From: Oligoflexia bacterium
GTDB lineage: Bacteria > Bdellovibrionota > Bdellovibrionia > JABDDW01
Length of the DNA: 13,071 bases
Reading direction: 5' to 3'
Assembly (NCBI GenBank): GCA_043732305.1
Contig: JAYTHU010000105.1
Span: 1-13,071, forward strand
Part shown: one piece after another, positions 1 to 7,018 of the stretch
Numbering within the stretch: position 1 is the first letter of the stretch
Layout of the letters: every line of letters starts with the position of its first letter
Position numbers and translations under genes: made by a program
Notes under the pieces: model-generated
Database searches by the model: none
What the model was told of the DNA's origin: nothing
Seen by the model: the letters and a program-made list of their open reading frames with translations, nothing else

Positions 1-2
1 TG

Positions 3-47
3 ACAACGACCGCAGAAAATATTGACTTGAAAACAAAAGTAGGATGA
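3..47 (+). CDS. Possible C-terminal tail of an ORF entering from outside the window (candidate IS transposase end)
   Basis: Frame 3 is open from the window edge (TTTAENIDLKTKVG) to TGA at 45-47, about 25 bp before the putative IS terminal repeat. Too short to identify. Confidence 0.25.
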   Translation, partial: TTTAENIDLKTKVG

Positions 48-72
48 ATAACAAAAACCTCTCGCTCCGAAA

Positions 73-98
73 GTTCAACTAGATCTGGGGCAAGCCCA
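73..98. mobile_element. Putative IS3-family terminal inverted repeat (one end only)
   Basis: GTTCAACTAGATCTGGGGCAAGCCCA; reverse complement TGGGCTTGCCCCAGATCTAGTTGAAC. It has the 5'-TG end and TG..(T)GCCCC...GTTG(G/A)AC pattern typical of IS3-family IRs. Helicase-like coding sequence begins right after it. The partner IR is outside the window. Confidence 0.5.
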
Positions 99-99
99 G

Positions 100-747
100 T
101 ATAAGTCTGCAATCAATATCGATGAAGTTTCTTTAAAAGACGACGAACACCAAGACAGATTAAAAAAACTTGTGGATTCGGAGATTCATATTGAAAGCAA
201 GGGCAAAGATTCCAAACCAATGCCTTTTCCTACTTCGGTCTACATCTCCTCTAACCGTGATAATGCGATAGATATTCCTGGCGATGACAGACGATTTTCG
301 ATAATTGAACTAACTGACAAGAAATTCAATGAAGTGAACCACTCTAATAAAATTGATGAGTTGATTAGCGAAGAAAATATTAGATCTCTTGGGTACTTTC
401 TCGTTAATCGTAAAATCAGTAGAGATATGAGCAAGCCATTCAAATCAAAATACTTTCAAGAAATTCGCTCTTCTTCACTAAATGACTGGCAGGCGCACGT
501 AATAAACACATGGATTCCAAACCAGGTCGTTGGCGAGACGTACTCTTATAAAAAGCTTCAATCTGATATGAAACTCTATTTTGATAGCGGAGTTTATATT
601 CCTGGAAGGCAAAAGATTAAAGACCTTGCAGATAAATTTCCAGAATTGATGAAAATTAAAATGTCGGGAAGCGATTGGAAAATCCTAATACTTAAATCAA
701 ATGCAGTGGTCCCCACAATTCAAACTCAACCCCTTCCAAATATTTGA
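100..747 (+). pseudogene. 5'-interrupted phage/plasmid primase-helicase (DUF5906 / NrS-1-like SF3 helicase, C-terminal part)
   Basis: Frame 1 upstream of the called GTG (172) reads YKSAINIDEVSLKDDEHQDRLKKLVDSEIHIESKGKD. This gives Walker B (hhhDE), the LK.L.....I.IE.KG.D motif, sensor motif ISSN and DDRRF. No Walker A is present, and the frame has stops at 28, 40 and 49. Confidence 0.7.
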
Positions 748-758
748 GGGGCGCAGCT

Positions 759-1007
759 ATGTCAATCAAGCTTGAACAAACCCCCAAAATAGAACATAAC
801 GAATCGATCACCTTTCAAAATGGTGTGTTCTTTGAAAAACTTTTGTCCGTAGAGGAACTCGCGGATGCTTTGGGCTTCGCCCCTCAAACAATTAGAAATT
901 GGGTTGCTCAACGCCAGATACCATTTGTAAGGATCGGCGGCAAAACCAAATTTCAGAGGCGAAGCATAGCCGCGTGGCTTAACCGAAAGGAAAAGCTATG
1001 TCTGTGA
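759..1007 (+). CDS. Excisionase-like helix-turn-helix DNA-binding protein (HTH_17)
   Basis: KLLSVEELADALGFAPQTIRNWVAQRQIPFVRIGGKTKF is the classic Xis/HTH_17 signature. ATG 759 is preferred over TTG 744 because GAGGGG (746-751) precedes it. Overlaps the integrase start by 10 bp. Confidence 0.85.
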   Translation: MSIKLEQTPKIEHNESITFQNGVFFEKLLSVEELADALGFAPQTIRNWVAQRQIPFVRIGGKTKFQRRSIAAWLNRKEKLCL

Positions 1008-2131
1008 TAAAAAGAATCCGTAAAAACCAAGACAGTAAAACAACCTTCTATACCGCCGAGATTTATGTCGGAGGGGTTCGCCTTCAGTCTAAGACTTTTG
1101 AAAATGCTTCAGCTGCACATGTCTGGCATGACAGAGAAAAGATAAGATTAGAAAACGGTAATCCCAACGAAGCAATCAATTCTCTGGATTTCAGAGAGTG
1201 CTTTGAAAGATATAAAAGAGAAGCCTTTACCTGTTTGAGAAAATCAAGCCAACAATCAATGGCTATAAGATTTCGCTATTTCACAGAGGGAACACTGAAC
1301 GATGTAAAGATGGCGGACTTCAGCGATAGAACAGTTGATGACTGGCTTTAATGGCTCATTCAACTTCCCACTTCTCAGAACCCTGGAAGAAAATCTTTTG
1401 TTTGTGAGTTAAAATACTTAACCGTGATTTTGACTTGGTACAGGAACAGTATCAACCCGTCTTTTGTTGTACCAATTGTAAAACGTCACAGAAAAAGATG
1501 TTTCTACAAGCCTATTGTTCCAAGACGGCCCGACTACTACGCAAAGCCAGAAGAAGTGCGACAGTGGCTTGAGTGGTTAAAATCTCACCGTATCCCAGTT
1601 TATTATAAATTGGCCCTCCTATTAACCCACACCGGAATGAGAGTTGGCGAGGGATGTGGACTAACTTGGGAAGCTATTGATTTTGAAAGACGAACGGCGA
1701 TGATAGTCCGATCAGTCCGCTGGGATCACGAAACACGAAAACCAGTTATGGAAGAATCTGTGAAGTCTGCAGAATCGGTAAGAGTCGTGACGCTGCCTCA
1801 AGTTGTGATTGAGATGCTAAAAGAGTTCGCCAAAAAAGACGGTCCGGTATTTGTGGATAATGGTGGGGAGCTTTTGAGGTATCGCGCTATCCAGTCCATA
1901 TTTAATCGCGGCTTCATTCATTGTGGATTACCGTGGCGCTCAACTCACATTTGTCGGCACACATTTGGAACTCTCGCACTTATGGCGACGAAGGATCTCA
2001 GCGCAGTGCAAGCAAGCCTAGGCCATCGAAGTAGAAGTGTGACCGAGAAGTATGCAAAGTCGATAGCCATGCATTCAAGTGAGACCGCTGAAAAGACCGC
2101 AGCACTCATTGATCTCAACAAATGCATCTGA
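998..2131 (+). pseudogene. Tyrosine recombinase/phage integrase with a single in-frame TAA (1349-1351)
   Basis: ORFs 998-1351 and 1424-2131 share one frame, and 1352-1423 is open (WLIQLPTSQNPGRKSFVCELKYLT). Catalytic motifs: TGMRVGE (R), VKS (K), HICRH (HxxR), LGH, TEKY (Y). AAGGA RBS precedes ATG 998. Confidence 0.88.
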
Positions 2132-2132
2132 A

Positions 2133-2155
2133 AAATCACGTACGAAATCACGTAC
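2133..2155. repeat. Tandem perfect 11-bp direct repeat AAATCACGTAC (2133-2143, 2145-2155); candidate integrase arm-type sites
   Basis: Seen directly, with 12-bp period, between the integrase stop and the tRNA 3' end. Function is inferred from position. Confidence 0.6.
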
Positions 2156-2207
2156 AAAAAATTTCAGATTGCAAAATACTAAGTGAATTCGGTGCTTAGA
2201 AAAAAAA

Positions 2208-2300
2208 TGGCGGAGAGGCAGGGATTCGAACCCTGGATAGGACTTTTGATCCTATAACGGTTTAGCAAACCGCCGCCTTCAGCCACTCGGCCACCTCTCC
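2208..2300 (-). tRNA. tRNA-Ser (GCT)
   Basis: Reverse complement GGAGAGGTGGCCGAGTGGCTGAAGGCGGCGGTTTGCTAAACCGTTATAGGATCAAAAGTCCTATCCAGGGTTCGAATCCCTGCCTCTCCGCCA. Acceptor stem, anticodon loop TT-GCT-AA, long variable arm, GTTCGAATC T-loop, G discriminator and encoded CCA. Confidence 0.97.
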
Positions 2301-2348
2301 AGAATTTTGACGCGGAAAACCGTAATTAATCCTAATTTCAGGTTTCAG

Positions 2349-3944
2349 TCAATCGAAGACTTGCTCTGGAGTAAACTGGACCGGGAGAGGCCTCTGGTCG
2401 AATCGAGGCTCAACCGGAAGTTCAGCAGGTTTAAGATCGGTCACAGAGGGTCCTTCCAAAACTTTTCCTTGAGAGTCAAATCGAGAGCCATGACAGGGAC
2501 AGTCCCAAGTTTTTTCAGCAGTGTTCCAAGCCACCACGCAACCAAGATGAGGGCAGGCAGCTGAACAAACCTTTAAAACTCCAAGGGGAGATTTGTAGAC
2601 AGCTAATTTTTTCAAACCATTTCTAAAGACGGCGCCTTCGCCGTTACGGATATCTTCAATCTCTTGTATTTGGCCACCCGTAAACCAGTCGCCTATTTGT
2701 GCGGCGACGTTCGCATTTTCTTTTATAAAATTACCAATAGCTTTAAATGTAATTCTTGATGGATTGTAGAGAAACTCCCAAGCATTATCTTGACCTAAAA
2801 TTTGATCAGTTATCAACAGCGCACCAACTGTACTTTGAGTCATTCCATTTCCGGAATCTCCTGTGATCACATAAACATTGTCTGGATCTAGAGGATTGTG
2901 TCCAAGAAATGCCATTCCATCCATTGGCTCCATCACTTGACCGGACCAACAGTAGTCAACGCGTTTAACTTCAGGAAATCTTTTCCGGGTCCATTGTTCC
3001 AAACGCGAATATGATTTTGCGGGCTCATTGTTTTGTCCAGTCTTATGATCCTCACCACCGACAATTAAAACATCATCAGTTTCATGAGATGAAGATTGAA
3101 CACGAACATAATGATATGGATCTTCCGTGTCCCAATATAAACCTTTCGGAACATTTCCTTTTGGGATGCTCATCGCAATCGCATAAGTGCGATACGGCGC
3201 TTGCTTCGAGTGAATTGCAAAAAGATCGTTGATCGGTGTGTTGGTTGCAACAACCAAGGATTTGGCTTTTACAGTTTTTCCATCCTTAGTTTTGACAAAA
3301 GCACCGTGCCCACCCTGGACCTCAAGGACGTGAGTGTGAGTGAAAATCTGTCCGCCCATTTTTAGAATGCAATCAGACAAAGCGTGCAAGTACTTCATTG
3401 GATGCAGTTGAATTTGATTTGAAAACTGAAGTGCAGGTCCAGTATCAAAATTTTCAAGTGGTGCCCTTCCAACAAGAATTGTTTTTATTCCCGCGCGATG
3501 AGTCGCGGAAAGTTCGCGGTTTAAAGTTTCTAATGGCATGTTGTCGCCTAAAAATAAATACCCGTTGACGTGTTCAAAATCACAATCGATTTTTTCTTCA
3601 GACACAATCCTCTCAACTTCTTTGAGAGCGGCCAACTGACTTTCTGCAGCCATTTTCGCGCCAGCAACGCCGTGATAATTTTCGAGAACAAAATAGCGGT
3701 CATCAAGAGCAACTGTAAAATGCGCGGTGGTGCGGCCCGTCTGTCCCGAGCCAATTTCGGAAGCTTCGAGCACGCAAACTTTTTTCCCTTGTTTTAAAAG
3801 CAAATAGGCGGTCGTCAGACCCGCAATGCCTCCACCCACAACACAAACATCAGTTGAAATATCATCTTTAAGTTTTGGGAATTCTTTTTTAGGGACAGTG
3901 GCATTCCAAAGCGAAAGACTGGTGTTATTGGGTTCGGTGAGCAT
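2349..3944 (-). CDS. FAD-dependent oxidoreductase (DadA/DAO family) with C-terminal Rieske [2Fe-2S] domain (YhfW-like)
   Basis: DVCVVGGGIAG Rossmann motif, GSGQTGRTTAH, and Rieske boxes CPHLGC and WDCPCHGSRF. GGAG RBS upstream. Confidence 0.92.
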   Translation of the reverse strand: MLTEPNNTSLSLWNATVPKKEFPKLKDDISTDVCVVGGGIAGLTTAYLLLKQGKKVCVLEASEIGSGQTGRTTAHFTVALDDRYFVLENYHGVAGAKMAAESQLAALKEVERIVSEEKIDCDFEHVNGYLFLGDNMPLETLNRELSATHRAGIKTILVGRAPLENFDTGPALQFSNQIQLHPMKYLHALSDCILKMGGQIFTHTHVLEVQGGHGAFVKTKDGKTVKAKSLVVATNTPINDLFAIHSKQAPYRTYAIAMSIPKGNVPKGLYWDTEDPYHYVRVQSSSHETDDVLIVGGEDHKTGQNNEPAKSYSRLEQWTRKRFPEVKRVDYCWSGQVMEPMDGMAFLGHNPLDPDNVYVITGDSGNGMTQSTVGALLITDQILGQDNAWEFLYNPSRITFKAIGNFIKENANVAAQIGDWFTGGQIQEIEDIRNGEGAVFRNGLKKLAVYKSPLGVLKVCSAACPHLGCVVAWNTAEKTWDCPCHGSRFDSQGKVLEGPSVTDLKPAELPVEPRFDQRPLPVQFTPEQVFD

Positions 3945-3968
3945 AATATTTTCTCCATATTTGAGTCC

Positions 3969-4008
3969 AAAGAGAAAAGGCCCTCAAAACTTTTACATCT
4001 TGAGAGCC
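3969..4008 (-). terminator. Putative intrinsic terminator of the 4033-4311 gene
   Basis: Minus strand GGCTCTCAAGA-TGTAAAAG-TTTTGAGGGCC forms an 11-bp stem with 2 G-U pairs, followed by TTTTCTCTTT. Confidence 0.6.
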
Positions 4009-4032
4009 CAACGAATAAGCTGAATAACTTAA

Positions 4033-4311
4033 TTAATTGCGAGCCGATTTTTCTTTTGCACTGTAAGTGAGGTATGCAGTCACTCCAGAAGAAACCAATT
4101 CAGAAAGAATCACTTTCCAATTTTCGCGGACGTAACTCACGAACTGATCTAAATGTGCGCCTTCTTTTTGTGCGTCCTGTTGTTGCTGACCTTGACTTCG
4201 GCCCATTGAACTCGCCGCGGATTTTAAATCACCCTGAATGCTACCAGATGGATGAAGACTAGAAGGTGTAGAGTTTTTTGAACTTGAGGAATTTGGTTGG
4301 GGGGTTGTCAT
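4033..4311 (-). CDS. Small hypothetical protein, S/Q-rich N-terminus and weakly hydrophobic C-terminal helix (faintly ElaB/YqjD-like)
   Basis: AAGGAG RBS before the ATG, an upstream sigma54-like promoter and a downstream terminator. YVRENW resembles the YVRENPW motif of DUF883 proteins. Confidence 0.7.
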   Translation of the reverse strand: MTTPQPNSSSSKNSTPSSLHPSGSIQGDLKSAASSMGRSQGQQQQDAQKEGAHLDQFVSYVRENWKVILSELVSSGVTAYLTYSAKEKSARN

Positions 4312-4369
4312 GCAGGCTCCTTAGTTATGCCATTTATGAAATGACTCTATTGTTTATAACTAACGATAT

Positions 4370-4385
4370 TGCAATGCGAGAGCCA
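4370..4385 (-). promoter_or_regulatory. Predicted sigma54 (-24/-12) promoter
   Basis: Minus strand TGGCTCTCGCATTGCA versus consensus TGGCAC-N5-TTGCW, with exact GG-N10-GC spacing, about 60 bp upstream of ATG 4311. Confidence 0.65.
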
Positions 4386-4423
4386 CCTCCAAACCAACGC
4401 TGAATTCGATTTGGCCGATAGCA

Positions 4424-4457
4424 ACGTCGCTTTTTACGACGTGAGCGGGCTTTTTAC
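4424..4457. promoter_or_regulatory. Candidate enhancer-binding-protein site(s)
   Basis: Palindrome ACGTCG-CTTTTTA-CGACGT (4424-4442), plus GCTTTTTAC repeated at 4429 and 4449, upstream of the sigma54 motif. Confidence 0.4.
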
Positions 4458-4511
4458 ACGGAAAAATTCTCGAACCTTGAAATAATCGACCGTTTACTGT
4501 TAGTAAAGGAC

Positions 4512-5543
4512 ATGTACATATTATTGCGACCATTGCTTTTCCTCTTAGATGCGGAGACGGCTCATCATATCGGTTTGAGTTTTGTCAAACTCATTGGAGT
4601 TTTGCATCGCTGGCGAATTTGGAGAAGACCCGCGTTCGCAATGGAAAGTGATTTACAAACAGAAACTCCATTCGGAATTGTTGACTCTCCTCTTGGTCTA
4701 GCTGCTGGATTTGACAAAAATGCGGAGGCACTTTGGGGATGGCAGGCTCTGGGATTTGGATTTGTCGAAATTGGAACTGTCACTCCACTTCCACAACCTG
4801 GTAACGATCGTCCTCGTATTTTTCGACTTCCCTATTTAACAGCAATTGTGAACCGGCTTGGCTTTAACAATGATGGTGCCATGAAAGTTGCTGAAAATAT
4901 CAGGAAGGCGAGAGCCCAAGGTCTCACGATTAAAATTGGCGGCAATATTGGGAAGAATCTTGCGACACCCTTAGAACGTGCGGCGAATGATTACAAAAAA
5001 GCTACGCTGTTTCTGCATCCTCATGTCGACTATCTAGTTATCAATGTAAGTTCACCCAATACTCCTGGCCTGCGAGATATGCAGAACGAACATCTTCTGG
5101 AAAAAATTGTCGAAGCTGTTAGAAGAGAAACTCCGGAAAAGCCACTCTTCATTAAAATTGCTCCCGACCAAGCGGAAAAATATGTCGAAGGCATCATGAA
5201 TGTCGTACTGAAATATCAAATCTCTGGAATCATATGCGGCAATACACTTCTGAATCATGCCACTTGTGAAAAGCTCACCGAGTTCGATGTGATCAAACTT
5301 CCACAAGGTGGAATGAGCGGAGCTCCGCTCTTTGATATCAATTTTAATCTTAATCAAATATATCTCGCAAATCCGAGCAGGCCTTTTTTAGTTGGCGTAG
5401 GTGGAATCACCACAGCCGAACGTGCTTTACAGTACATGGATGCCGGCTGCGGTCTCATCCAGATTTACACTGGCCTTGTTTACCGAGGACCATCATTTAT
5501 TAAGAAAATTTTGAAATCAATATTAGACTCGAGGAAGAATTAA
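4512..5543 (+). CDS. pyrD: Quinone-dependent dihydroorotate dehydrogenase (class 2)
   Basis: Motifs DAETAH, GLAAGFDKN, GFGFVEIGTVTP.PQPGN, NRLGFNN.G, NIGKN, INVSSPNTPGLR, KIAPD, GGMSG, QIYTGLVYRGP. AAGGA RBS. Confidence 0.97.
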   Translation: MYILLRPLLFLLDAETAHHIGLSFVKLIGVLHRWRIWRRPAFAMESDLQTETPFGIVDSPLGLAAGFDKNAEALWGWQALGFGFVEIGTVTPLPQPGNDRPRIFRLPYLTAIVNRLGFNNDGAMKVAENIRKARAQGLTIKIGGNIGKNLATPLERAANDYKKATLFLHPHVDYLVINVSSPNTPGLRDMQNEHLLEKIVEAVRRETPEKPLFIKIAPDQAEKYVEGIMNVVLKYQISGIICGNTLLNHATCEKLTEFDVIKLPQGGMSGAPLFDINFNLNQIYLANPSRPFLVGVGGITTAERALQYMDAGCGLIQIYTGLVYRGPSFIKKILKSILDSRKN

Positions 5544-6236
5544 ATGGCTCTTTCGCAAACTGCAAAAAATCTCCAACAGATTTTTAAATCTCACGGGATA
5601 ACACTTCCGCTGACTGACTTGATGCTTGAGCAATTCGCAAAATTTTATAAATTTCTAATGGACTACAATAAAAAATATAATCTCACTCGTCTCACGACTT
5701 TCAACGAAGTTGCAGTAAAACACTTTGTAGATTGCATTTACGTGGCCCAATTGATGGATCTCCCGGAGCGTATTATGGATATGGGAACTGGCCCCGGATT
5801 TCCTGGAATTCCTTTAAAAATTGTATCTCCAAAGACGCGGGTATTTTTGGCCGAAGGTGTGCAGAAAAAAGTCGAGTTTCTAAAAGAACTACGTGAACAC
5901 CTGGAACTTAAAAACCTAGATATCATCGGCAGAAACGTTGAGCCGAAAATGCAATATCCTGTTCAAGCAGTGATCACACGTGCGGTCGAATTGTCTGCAG
6001 CCACTCTACATAATGCGCAGAACTGTCTTTCTGTGGGTGGCCAAGTGATCTTGATGAAAACGCGCGACATCGATCCTGAAATTCGTGAAGCCGAAGAAAA
6101 AATGGGTCACATGTTTAAAGTGGTAAGAAACTTTGATTATAATCTTGGGCCAACGACTCATGGTAGAAAACTTTTGATATTCGAAAAACACACGGCCTCT
6201 GAGCCTAAAGCTTTGCCCATTCGTAAAGAACAATAG
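5544..6236 (+). CDS. rsmG: 16S rRNA m7G527 methyltransferase RsmG/GidB family
   Basis: N...NLTR, KHFVD, DMGTGPGFPGIPL, KKVEFL and ITRAV motifs. Start abuts the pyrD stop. Confidence 0.9.
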   Translation: MALSQTAKNLQQIFKSHGITLPLTDLMLEQFAKFYKFLMDYNKKYNLTRLTTFNEVAVKHFVDCIYVAQLMDLPERIMDMGTGPGFPGIPLKIVSPKTRVFLAEGVQKKVEFLKELREHLELKNLDIIGRNVEPKMQYPVQAVITRAVELSAATLHNAQNCLSVGGQVILMKTRDIDPEIREAEEKMGHMFKVVRNFDYNLGPTTHGRKLLIFEKHTASEPKALPIRKEQ

Positions 6237-7002
6237 ATGTGGCGACGGCCGCATTGAGTGATTCTACAGTGGACGAAATTTGAATGTTTAGCCGATGTGT
6301 CGGAATAATTTTCTTATCTAAACCGGGACCCTCAGCCCCGGGAATCAAAATAAAACTCTTCGGGAACTTAAAGCTATGCAAGTTTTCACCATCCATGTCG
6401 AGAGCAACTGTGATCAAGCTATTGTCCAAAGATTTGTCGGCAAACATTTCTCCTAATGATAATTTCGACCGATAAAATTTATGATTAAGTAGTCCACCAC
6501 TTGCCGCTCTTGTGCTCGCAGGGTGAAGTGGATGGGCGCATCCTGGCCCCAAAACAATTTGATTTACACCAAAAGCAGCCGCAGATCTCAATACAGCGCC
6601 GACATTTCTAGGATCTTGAAAACTCAACCATAGAGTGCAACCTGTCAGAGATTTCTGAGTGCCAGGTGTCCACTCTGAAATTTCGGGACTTGCAACGATC
6701 AAAAGTGGCTCGCCCGTTCCAAAAATATCCAATGTTTTGAAAATTTCTGAGGTGAGCGAAAAAGTCTCAATACTGCTTCTAAACTTAATGAGGCGAGTGA
6801 TGGCAGGATCCAGTGCTAATTCATCTGTCAGTTTTTTTGGCACTAATACTGCTATTACCTTATCTAAGTGGCCCGAGAGGGTGTCTATAATAACTTTTTT
6901 ACCGGCCAAAATGCACCACTGGTGCGTTTGTATACCTTTTGACTCCAAACATTGGAGCCAAGTTTTATAGTTTTTATTTTGACGGCTGGTGATCTCTAAC
7001 AT
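6205..7002 (-). CDS. TrmH/SpoU family RNA 2'-O-methyltransferase
   Basis: ITSRQN N-terminus, QDPRNVGAVLRSAAAFG, RAASGG, GAEGPGL and VESLNAAVATSIVLYE (SPOUT motifs). Confidence 0.92.
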   Translation of the reverse strand: MLEITSRQNKNYKTWLQCLESKGIQTHQWCILAGKKVIIDTLSGHLDKVIAVLVPKKLTDELALDPAITRLIKFRSSIETFSLTSEIFKTLDIFGTGEPLLIVASPEISEWTPGTQKSLTGCTLWLSFQDPRNVGAVLRSAAAFGVNQIVLGPGCAHPLHPASTRAASGGLLNHKFYRSKLSLGEMFADKSLDNSLITVALDMDGENLHSFKFPKSFILIPGAEGPGLDKKIIPTHRLNIQISSTVESLNAAVATSIVLYEWAKL

Positions 7003-7003
7003 G

Positions 7004-7018
7004 TATGATTCGAGTGTA
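7004..7018. promoter_or_regulatory. Candidate bidirectional sigma70-type promoter in a 16-bp divergent gap
   Basis: TATGAT on + (7004-7009; TTGACG at 6979-6984, 19-bp spacer) and TACACT on - (7013-7018). No SD-like sequence before either ATG. Confidence 0.4.

Larger units (their letters stand above)
99..2230. mobile_element. Right end of a degenerate integrative element (prophage/satellite/integrated plasmid) inserted at tRNA-Ser(GCT)
   Basis: Primase-helicase, xis and int are co-oriented and end about 75 bp from the tRNA 3' end. The element extends beyond the left edge. The att core boundary is approximate because the second att is not visible. Confidence 0.75.

Noticed and set aside
172..747. 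191-aa ORF as a complete gene
   Set aside because: Helicase motifs continue upstream of the GTG, and Walker A is missing. Treated as a fragment.
1349..1351. Programmed read-through or recoded TAA in the integrase
   Set aside because: TAA terminates several ordinary genes in this window (e.g. pyrD, the kinase, tgt), and no recoding signal is evident. Nonsense mutation or sequencing error is simpler.
2307..2352. Promoter for tRNA-Ser (TTGACT on minus strand at 2347-2352)
   Set aside because: No convincing -10 hexamer at 16-18 bp spacing.
4414..4421. GCCGATAG as a sigma28 -10 element facing pyrD
   Set aside because: No TAAA-like -35 at the expected spacing, and an unlikely target gene.
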